Source: Octopus sinensis
Taxonomy: Eukaryota
Direction: 5' to 3'
Assembly (NCBI RefSeq): GCF_006345805.1
Contig: NC_043000.1
Coordinates: forward strand, 57,846,001 to 57,910,000
DNA length: 64,000 nt
This document shows, piece by piece, positions 53,411 through 64,000 of the stretch. Under the pieces are notes generated by a model. The model was given only the letters and a program-made list of their open reading frames with translations. It was not told the DNA's origin and ran no database searches. The position numbers were made by a program, and so were the translations under genes. Position 1 is the stretch's first letter; each line of letters begins with the position of its first letter.

Positions 53411-54249
53411 CTATAGTACTAGTGAAAAACATTTTTAAACATTACGTAAAAATAAATACATTCATTTACTTTTCTTGCATTTCACATTTTTCACCAAAAA
53501 TTTAATCTATATCCCTTAAAGAATATATAATCAAACTCATATGTTTATGCTTTCAATTAAAATCAGAATATTGGAATGTATTTTATTTTCTAAGTAAGAT
53601 TAAAACAAACAAACAAACCAATAAATAAATAACTAAAAGTTAGAACCATATTACTAATTGATATTAATTGATACACTATGATATAAATTCAGAGGCAAGG
53701 AATTAAAGGTATGTGTATGACATACAATAAGTTAGTTTTGACTATAAGTTCAAATAACTTGTTGATAAATGTCATATAACATGAAATGGATAGCATATGT
53801 TCATCTTAGCTTAGCATAAAGTAAACTGATTTTTAATTCAAACTTCTGACATTTAGTACCAAAGATATAAAGCAGTTACAACTACACGAGCTGTCTTGTT
53901 GCAGCAAACAGGTACCTGAAAGGTTATCTTAATTGGTACAGTATATAGTTTAGATGTTTAGCATTTAGCTTGGTTGTCTGATCTTCCCTATTCTTTACTA
54001 ATCATACAGACAAATCTTAGTTCACTTGGTCAGTATGAGAGAGAGAGAGAGAGAGGTGGGTGTGAGAGAAACTTGTTGCTTTACAACAAATATGTGGGCC
54101 TGCCATATTTTAGCTAAACTGGAATTCTGAAAGACTAATTGAGAGCTGAATCTAAAAATCTGAAGATAAGTGATTTTTGTAAGGATGGGTGTGTTATTAC
54201 AAGAACTATTCTTTATTTACTGGATCTACTTGAGTTGTAGTGGCCTTAA

Positions 54250-54590
54250 CTCAGCCAGCTCAATTATAAAAGCAATAGAAAAAAACAGAGGCAATAGCAT
54301 GGGTCAGAAGCTGAAGCATTTCTGTGAGTGACATAATGCTAATCGATCAGATGGCCTTTTCTTGATGCAGCTTAGGTATCTGTGTGCAGGAACAGCACTG
54401 ACCCAGATGTGAGAGCAATACTCTATTGTTGTCCTTACCTAAGCTTTGAAAAGTATCAATAATTATTGGGAGCTGAAGTGTCTTTTGATCATGAAAAGAA
54501 ATTTCACTTATATGGATGCAATCACAGTTATGTTAAGTATGTGCTTTTGCCAGGAGAGATCCTTGGTGATGAGGAAACCCAATAACTGGA
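54250..54590 (-). mobile_element. CR1/Jockey-group RT C-terminal relic
   Basis: LGFLITKDLSWQKHI..LFKA.VR..IEYCSHIW. Confidence 0.75.
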
Positions 54591-55168
54591 GTAATTTTGA
54601 AAACTCTGTGTGTTACTCTTGATTGGAGGTGGAGAGGATGATGATGAAAATGTTTCCTTGATATGAGTTGTGTTTGTGTTTTCATGCTATTGAAAGAAAC
54701 AAGACTGGCTTATGCCCATTGGAGGAAGCTTCCAAACTCTGTTCATGGTATCAGTATGGGTTGGCATGTGGTGTCTTGGTTGCAAGTGGATAATGCATGG
54801 ATGCATGGTTAGGCAATGTATTCAACCTAACACAAACACACACACACATGAGTGAGTGGACAAATGAAAGAAGGGTAGTCAACACATTTATTAGGAGTTA
54901 CATGTATGGATGAAAACAGTTTGATTTAAATTCCATGGTACTTAAAGTTTCAAAGCATGCGATAGTGCTTATCATTGGAAATTTCCAAACTGTTTTGATC
55001 CATATATATATATATATATCAACTACACATACAGTTTGTGAATTTGCTGGTAGATTGTGATTTGGCAGTATAGCATCATGTATAACTGGCAAGTACATGA
55101 AATATATGCATGAAGTGTATGTAGTTAATAATATTTATTACACTAGTGCTGCTTCTATTTCATATCTG

Positions 55169-55209
<41 letters not shown>

Positions 55210-57802
55210 CAACCCTAACCCCCATTAAAGAATTCACTGAGTCAGATTTTCTATGGTCAGATGCTATTCTTGGAGGATTGTAAGCAACTTTATTTCTCTT
55301 AATGATCAGATATTTAGCAGCTATTTACTGTTTATGAATAGTCAAAGCATATTCTTTTAGGTGGGATGTGATGTGTCTTTTCACATGTCTAGCTGGTGCT
55401 CTTAGCTGCATGTGTGTGGGCCTGCATGTGTGTATGTGTGTGAGTGTATATGTGTGTGTCTTTCAGCCCTAGCCAAATGTTTTAAGAGCTGACCTTGAAA
55501 TGATAACATTTTAAGTTCAAAATCACCATTTAGCAAATGAAAATGTGTAGGCAGAAACTGTGTGGATGTGTATCAGATAGATTATAACTATAGTTTAAAG
55601 ATCCAACCTTTTTATACATAGTGTTGATTCTGTCTGAAGATTACATGATGGGTACCTGTATCTTTGGCATACTTAGACTATCATTGAATGAATAGATATT
55701 TTTGTGGATCAAGGCATCTGGCACACCCATTCGTTGATAATAAATGAGTGTGCCAGATCTATTGGCCACTCATTAGAAGTCAAGTATTCCCATCACAACT
55801 GTCCATGAAGAGAACTCATAGCAAATTGCTAGACTCAAACATAAGCCAGAACTTGGATGTAATGACTAGAAAATTTGAATGTTATGCATTTGTTAGCAAC
55901 ATAAAGAATCAATAAATATTCGTACAACAGAGCATCATGTATTAGAAAACATAATCATCATCATCATCTTTTTAATGTTCACTTCTCCATTCTTGCATGA
56001 GTTGGATAGAATTTGTTCGTATAAATTTTCTATGACTGGATGTTCTTCCTGTCACCAACCCCAATCTGTTTCCAAGCAAGGTAATATTCTCCCATGACTA
56101 GACATATTTTCATGGATGGTGACACTTGCTTACATGATGTCAAGGCAACAAGAACCCCATCCTCTCCCCCACCATATAAATATATATATACATATATGAT
56201 GGGCTTCTCTCAGTTTCTATCATAACTCTTTAGTCTGGAACTGTAGAAGACACATGCCAAAATTGCTATGCTTGTGCTTGTGTGTGTGTGTGTGTGTATG
56301 CGCATGCATGTATGTATGTGTATACACATGCACACACACAATATTTCTACATGAACACAACATATAAAAAGTGCATTAGGTTACATGGAGATGTGCTAAT
56401 TTTCATACTGATATTAATTTGACAACTGTCAAGATTATTACTTTAAATTTTTTTTCCTCTCTCTCTAGTTGTTGAACAACTTTAGGTGTGGAATTAAGAT
56501 AATATGAAATGGCAGTGAATTAGATACACACACAGTGCTGCAGCAAACTTGTGATATATCATCTGATCTACACATATTATATGATCTAAACATATTATTA
56601 ACAAACTTCCTCATACAGAGAGCAGACAGACACATTAGCACAGATACATTACCATACACACGAAAACACACAAATAAACATACAAACACAAACATACACA
56701 TGCACATACATAAACAAACACAGACATACAAACATTCACAAATGCAAACATACACGGAAGCATACACACATTAAGTATAATTTGTTTACATTTCTTTACA
56801 GAATTAGCACATAGAAAGATATAACAAAGTGCTGTTTACAGTTTTGTTCCAATGCAGCTTCAGTTCTAGTCATGAAATATTTGAATTTAGTTACTGAGTT
56901 TACTTTTCAACAACCAATCTATTTATTCTTTCAATTCACTGGCACCTGCCATAATTTGTATACCTATCATGCTCTGTAACAGAGAAACCACGTCAATCTC
57001 ACCCATTCTTGGAGAGCTTGCAAAACGCCTTCAGCAGAGCCTCTTCATCCAGATCAAAACCATTAAAAAAAAAAACAACAAAGGCCATGATCAAAAGTGT
57101 TACATCGGTGATCATAACATTTGTTTTAGGGAGAACGGAACATGGAATATCTAACATAAAATAATCCAAGATATCTGTCAGTATTTTTCTTTAAACAGTA
57201 GAGCAGTGTTTTTCAAGCAGTGTGTTATAAAAGGTAACTAGGTACACCATGAATTTTCAAAAAAATGTAATTGAAAGCTTAAAAGCTTTAGAAAATCCAT
57301 ACTAATGGATTAAAAACTATATTATTCATAATTTTATTACTCATGTTTAATTAATACATAAGGAAAGCAAAATGTTTTTAAATTTTTAATCAATTCCAAT
57401 TTTTTCCATTCAAGGGCTTTTAACCCAACAGTCTACAAGCTACTATTCATAGCTTAATCTTCTTCAAATTCCACCATTAAAAAACGATGTATGCATGCAT
57501 GTATGTAATATTGTTGTCATCATCATCATCATCATCGTTGTTCTAACATCCACTTTTCCATACTTGCATACTTTGGACACAGTTTACTGAGGCAGATTTT
57601 CTACAGTAGGATGCCCTTCCAGTAGCCAGCCCTTACCAGTTCCCAAGCAAGGTAATACTGCCTCATGGCCAGACATGTCTCCACGGTATACTGAATATGA
57701 TCGACATTCATTTACAACAATCATCAATGTCATGATATATATATATATATATATGTATGTACGTACGTATGTATGTATGTATGTATGTGTGCGCACGCAT
57801 GA

Positions 57803-57850
<48 letters not shown>

Positions 57851-58284
57851 ATGGACATGAGCATTCAGGTTATGTCCCTTTACTCTAAGGATGACTTTGT
57901 GATTTATCCTCCCAAAGTCCCAAGATTAATAAGCACTGGATGAAGTAGTGAAGCTTGATATTATCTGTTAAAGAAAACTTGAAGGTAGTGCAACAGTAAA
58001 CAAATATTAGGTTTGCTTTTTGTATTTGTCTTTCATCCTTTTGAGGGTTAATACAATAAGTACAAACTCAGAATACACTGATATGTCACAAAGATTATTA
58101 GTGTTACTAGTTTGAATACAGTTTTATGATGCTCCATACACCAAATAGCGAGGGTGGGCAAACAGTAACTATAGTACTAATACATCACTTCAAGTGTAGA
58201 CACGACAAAAGGAAATACAAATGAATTAGACATTATGATGTACTATTTTGAAAATGAACAACTATGATAGACTATTTAAGATTG

Positions 58285-58490
58285 CGGAGGTGGTGGTGGT
58301 GGTTGTGATGGTAATGGTTATGTTGATAATGAGGATAACAACAATACTTATGATGATAATGAGGATGATCAGGATGATAATGACGATGATGATAATGAGA
58401 ATACCCACAATGATGATGATAATACTGCCAAGGACGATAATGATGATGATTAATTTTGTATAGTTACTATGATGATGATGATGTCTTGTT
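58285..58490. repeat. Degenerate (GAT)n trinucleotide tract
   Basis: Direct reading of the sequence. Confidence 0.9.
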
Positions 58491-60522
58491 GTCATAGTGA
58501 TAAATTTTAATGATCATACTAGCAATTTACTGCAGTGCATATATATGCAAGTTATAGATATGTAATTAAAGATTTGAAACATTAACTACAGAAAAGCTAG
58601 TTAGTCAGCTGGTCATTTAGCATTAGGTGGAATAAAGAGCCAAATTAACCACATTCTGAGCAGAAAATTTAATATGCAAATGATAATGAGAGTAATTTAC
58701 TTTCTGTCAACGAAGTCAATTTGTCTGTAATCTAACTTTCTTAGTTAAGAATATAAATTCTTCTCTGCTAAATGTAACTCTACAGGATTCATAAAATGAG
58801 TACCAACAATATACAGGGGAGGGTGGGTATAACTGTCTGTATCTATTCTCTTGCCAAAAGTGATTTTGTGTACATTGAAAAAGGTATCAATTAAGAGGAA
58901 AAACGAGAGAGGAGATAGCAATAATGGTAGAATAGCAGATTAAATGTCTTTCAATTAAATATGTGTTTGTGTGTATGTATGTCTGCTAAGAACTGATGAG
59001 GCTTTAAACTCTTCTTAACTTCAGGTTATTGGTGTTAAGTGCCTAAGAGGAATATCTAACCCTAGACACAATACTGATGTCAGGTAATATTCTTAGATAA
59101 TCAACTACTTATTCTCAACAACTATGAGGCATTTATAATTTAGGTGTATTGCCCAAAAACACATTGATGGCCGCAGTGGATTTGAAACCAAGATATCTGA
59201 GTAGGTAATCAAATACTCTACAAACTCACCCATTTCCGCTTTGGTAAATAATTTTTCAGTATTTGCTGTCTTTCCCTCACCTTTTTAGTTACTTTTCATC
59301 CCATTAAAGTTGAGAAAATAAGTACCAGTAATATGCTAAGGTTCATTGAATATATTCTACTTCCTTTTAACAACAGATCCTATACATATGAGAGAAATAA
59401 ACAGTAAAAAAAAAGTTAACAATCAATAAGAAAAAGCTAAGATCTGGCATGCCAAGTTTGGTGACAGTTTCAAATTCTGGCTGAAGCCCTTTCATTTATC
59501 CAGTAATTTACCAAGAGAAATGGAAGAACAGTATAAAGTCAAAATTTCGTTGCACTATAAATCTGGAACATTATTTTGTCAACAAATGCTAGAACTTATG
59601 TGAAGAAGGGGCCTTGTAAGCCTTATGAAGTTTTTAAAGGTTGGATCTAAAAAGAAGCTATATTTCAAAAAAAACTGCATAGAGAAATGTTGAAAGTATG
59701 AGAAACAAGAAGTTTTTGGTAGATCAAGCTTATCAACTTGTTTTTATATGTGACTATACTTGTAATAACCCTGAGAAAGGCATGGGTATCACACAATTTT
59801 ACTTCCATCCCTTATAAAAACATGTAGTTATGAACCTAATTAAGGAATATGCAAACAAAAGAACCAATGCACATGCACACAGTGCAAATACACATATAGA
59901 TATATGAATTTTTATACAAGTGTGAATGTTATCAGTCATCATCATCATCATCATCATTTAATACCCACATGCCCATGCTTGCATGGGTCACATGGAATTT
60001 GTTGGGGCAGATTTTCTATGGTCAAATGCCTTTACTGTTGCCAATCCTCTCCTGTTTCCAAGTACAGTAATATTTCTCCATAGAAAACTGGGAAAGAAAC
60101 TACATCACTTGTATGACAGTAATGCTCATTTATAGTCATCGCATGATGTCAAGACACACACACACACACACATGCACACACGCAAACACACACACACACA
60201 CACACACACTAGCATCTTTCAGTTCCCATTCAACAAATCTACTGATAATGTTTTGGTCAGTCCTGGGCTATAATAGTAGAAAACACATGCCCATGGTGCT
60301 GCACGGTGGGACTGAACCTGAGACCACATGGTTGGGAAGCAAGCTTCTTAATCACAAAACCAAGCATGTGTTATCTGTAAAAGTAGAAATATGTTGCACC
60401 TAAAGACAATTGAAAAATATACTAGTAAAAGTGACAGGTGATGAAATTCTATCAGTCTGGTAATGACTATTAAATAACTAATTACATAGATATGACAAGT
60501 CAATAACAAAATATGTTCTTAC

Positions 60523-60667
60523 AGAATAATATTGAACAAACCTGAAAGAGAATCCTGAGCATCATGGCCTTCTTCAGAGACAGACAGTGGCATAGTTAAT
60601 CCATTAGCACAAGCTGTTCATGGCTGCTTCTTCCTTGTTCTTTCAATAATCCTCATTCAACAGCTAC
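60523..60667 (-). other. Possible exon with UTR and a start codon (MPLSVSEEGHDAQDSLS)
   Basis: Good acceptor TTTTTTCTTAAACTTTAG, candidate donors GTTTGT/GTAAGA, upstream in-frame stops. Confidence 0.25.
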
Positions 60668-61238
60668 CTAAAGTTTAAGAAAAAAGAATATTAACTATTA
60701 ACATCACTTCTGTTTATCTGGCAGTATATACACAAATTAGTAAATACACAAAATGCTTTTATTTATCTGGAACACTGGTACTAGATATTTTTTGGCCTCA
60801 TCCTCTGTCCTTGACTTCTAATGCAGAATTGTATTATCTCACAATAAGGAATGTCTATCAATATGGTAGTCCATGGTTCTCAACCATTTTTTTTACCTAT
60901 GGACCCCTTTGATCCCTATTTTACTCTCCTGGATGTTCATAGCCATTCATATCATCATCATCATCATTTAGCATCCGCTTTCCATGCTAGCATGGGTTGG
61001 ACGGGTCAACTGGGGTCTGTGAAGCTGGAAGGCTTCGTCAGGCCCAGTCAGATCTGGCAGTGTTTCTACGGCTGGATGCCCTTCCTAATGCCAACCACTC
61101 CGCGAGTGTAGTGGGTGTTTTTTACGTGCCACCTGCACAGTATATATATATATATATGTATATATACGAGCAAAAGACCCCCTTCCTTGTCCAATGGATG
61201 GTGCTGAGTTGTCAAACATATATATATATATATATATA

Positions 61239-61593
61239 TCTTATATAAAATCCGTTCTGTCTGGCTGGCTTCTAGGATCTCGGGCATCCTCCATCTGATC
61301 GCACTCAAATTTGATATGTAGATACCGACGGTATCAGGGCATGTATAAGTCTTGAAAAAATTACAAAAATCGATTCCAGGTGAGAATGCAATCGATAAAG
61401 CCATGGGAAATCGTTTTTCTTTGGAATAGAAAAAAAGTCTATCTTTATTTCTTCTTTTACTGGTGTCTCAAATCCGTGTTTCTCAAAGGGGAGGCCTATA
61501 GGACAGTTGGACAAGTTGTTTTGAGAAAATTTTGTTTAAATGTTTGACAACTCAGCACCATCCATTGGACAAGGGGGGGGGTCTTTTGCTCGT
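61239..61593 (+). mobile_element. Non-autonomous Helitron-like element, second copy, preceded by an inverted 3' fragment (61166-61219)
   Basis: Starts TC in (AT)n; similar to 15695-16067. Confidence 0.65.
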
Positions 61594-63500
61594 ATATATA
61601 TATACACACACACACACACATATATATATAATAAAGCCTGCTGTATTTTTATAATTAAATATTATTAGGAGTTATATAAAAAAATTAAAATATCTTGTGT
61701 ATAAGTATATGCAATTTATTGCACATAAATTTTAACAACAAAATCCTACATGAACCCCCAAAAGCCAGATTGATGAGAATCACTGTGCCAGTCAGACCAA
61801 GGAAGAATTCTTTTGCTCTAATTATAAGATTTTTATTTTATGACATCTAACAAAGAACTGACCTTTTCAGATGATAAAGTAAAGTTTTGTGCCCAATAAA
61901 TTATCTCTCAGTTCTTCTTTAGCCATACCTAAGTACCATTGATATTGCACTGTTAAATTTAGTAGGACTTTTATTCCACATCTCTTTCAGTTAGTCTGAC
62001 TGTTCTCCCCACCATCTCTTTTTTTCTCTCCTAGATTAGATGGAGCATAATTGTTTCATCTCATACCTTCTAAAATCAATTTCTATCCTTGTTAACATCA
62101 ATCAAGTGATATAGATAACGCTACTCTAATAATTTAAGCACAATACTATAACATTCTAGTTTTCTCTCTTGTAGTTAATGTTTGATGATTCTTAAGAGCC
62201 ACTACCATTTCTTGAAACATTTCAGGTTCAGCTAAAACATCTTAAATATTATGAACTATTAACTGAAAGGAAAATATCCCTGGAAATATTGTATACTACT
62301 GCAGCAAAAAAAAAAAAAAATCAGTAGCAATTAAAAATTCATTAATTAAAAACTTAACTGGTCAAAATGTTTTTTATTTAATTTTTTTTAGTTTAAGGGA
62401 CAACATCTCTTTGTAGACAGATTAAAGAAAGCTGTTTCTGACATATCTAACCCCACATACAAAAGAAATTTTCAACATTTAATACCTACTTCTCCCTCCA
62501 TGCCTGTCAAAAATACAACAGTCACCATATCAGATGAACAGATCTGAGGATCAAACAATGTATAACTGGAACAAATTAAAGTCCATGCCTATGCAATGTA
62601 GCACAAAATGTAAAGGGATTTCAGCCTACTCAAGTAGGTATGATAAAATTAAATGTCTTACTGTTAACAATAAAAATTAGAACATGAATTTTAATCCTTG
62701 TATTGCAGGATAAAATTCGATCACTTAATAAGGCTACTGACAATTAAATGGAGATTGTTTCCTGATAACTGCAAGGCTGGTGTCATGACTAGTAAACAAA
62801 TATGGCTTTATAATAGTAGGCATTGCAGATTATAAAGAGAATAAAATTGTAAGAGATTAGAATAAGAGCAATATCAGTTAGGAAACAAATATTATGCACA
62901 AATCGGTCTAGTTTTGAGTCAATAAGCATCAGTATGATAACACCATACTTTATAAGAAATGATATATAAAAACTGAAATGGAGCAATATTAGTTGTAAAT
63001 TTCTTGTTGATATTTAGAGTTGAAGAATGTTTATCAGGTTTACTTTATGTAGGTACTTTGGTTTGAGATGAATTAGAATTTAATACCAAGAAATATTATA
63101 AAATGAAGATTTGGAACTTATTTCATATTATAGTTTAAAATTGGTATCTTTCACATATACACATAGTTTACTATATTAATTGAAAATTAAAGCATCTGTA
63201 TAAGCACTAATGCCCACAAACTCAAGCACAAGATATTTACAAATGTGTACATGTTCTTTATGAATGCAACCATGGTTGAGTGGATAAGAATTTCACTTTG
63301 GAATCAGATCCAAAGTTTGATCCCATTGTTTGGCATAATGGACAAATATATTTTTACAATAGTCGACTTTGCCTTTCATCATTTCAAGGTTGATAAAGTA
63401 AGTACTAGTTGAACACTGGCCTCCATGTAATTGACTCTTCACCCCCAAAATTGCTGGCCCTGTGCCAGAATTTGAACCCAATATATTTTACCATTGTTTT

Positions 63501-63802
63501 GTAAGTTCCTTCTTGAGCCAGGCCTGGCTCATAAGGGCTGGTTTCCTGGTTTCCTTGGTGTATAGGTTCCCCACCTGGATGGGATGCTGATCCGTCGCAG
63601 GTGAGCTGCAAGATGCAGGAGGAAAGAGTGAGAGAAAGTTGTGGCAAAAGAGTCAGCAGAAGTTCGCCATTACCTTCTGCTGGAGCTGCATGGAGCTTAG
63701 GTGTTTCACTCATAAACACACACATCGCCCGGTCTGAGATTCGAACCCGCAATACCTCAACAGTGCATCCGCTGCTCTAACCACTAGGCCATGTGCCTCC
63801 AC
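63501..63802 (-). mobile_element. tRNA-derived SINE related to the 8505 family but with a different 3' half; 11-bp TSD
   Basis: TSD ACCATTGTTTT (63490-63500 / 63803-63813); A-box TGGCCTAGTGG and B-box GTTCGAATC. Confidence 0.9.
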
Positions 63803-64000
63803 ACCATTGTTTTAGGTTGAGTGAAGCTTTAAAGGTGAAATTAGGTTGATAGAAACTGTGTAGAAGCCTGTCAGATGAAAGATCAGCCTAATCACACACT
63901 GCCGTGTCATGCTGATTTTGCTTGAGGCTTATGTTAAGTGTGCATGAATCTGTGGAATACTCAGTCGTTTATTTGTCAATTCAATGAGAGTAGGTAGTTC

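Overview
Eukaryotic, AT-rich, microsatellite-rich genomic DNA dominated by decayed transposable elements. The repeat complement resembles an octopus/cephalopod genome; this is an inference from SINE and RTE-tail style, not a database result. No intact protein-coding gene, real tRNA/rRNA gene or CRISPR array is visible. Most ORFs in the supplied track are (AT)n/(GT)n artefacts or TE fragments. Recognisable content: a full-length but frameshifted mariner, a deleted maT-type Tc1/mariner, a MITE, fragments of RTE, L1/Tx1, CR1 and R4-like LINEs, three Penelope-like element (PLE) coding fragments with pseudo-LTR pieces, Helitron relics, many SINEs and one clean solo LTR. A few small minus-strand exons suggest the window lies mainly in introns of an unidentified gene. 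The most interesting signals are (1) type I hammerhead ribozyme motifs from several PLE-type repeat families, with a complete-core pair inside a young fold-back insertion at 35.3-36.5 kb and a near-intact long-stem-II copy at 18.2 kb; (2) a recurring fold-back (inverted self-duplication) architecture across unrelated elements; (3) a solo LTR inserted 4 nt inside a putative exon; and (4) an inverted paralogue of a neighbouring exon that has lost its splice donor. PLE-associated hammerheads are a known phenomenon, so any novelty here would be in the specific variants and arrangements.
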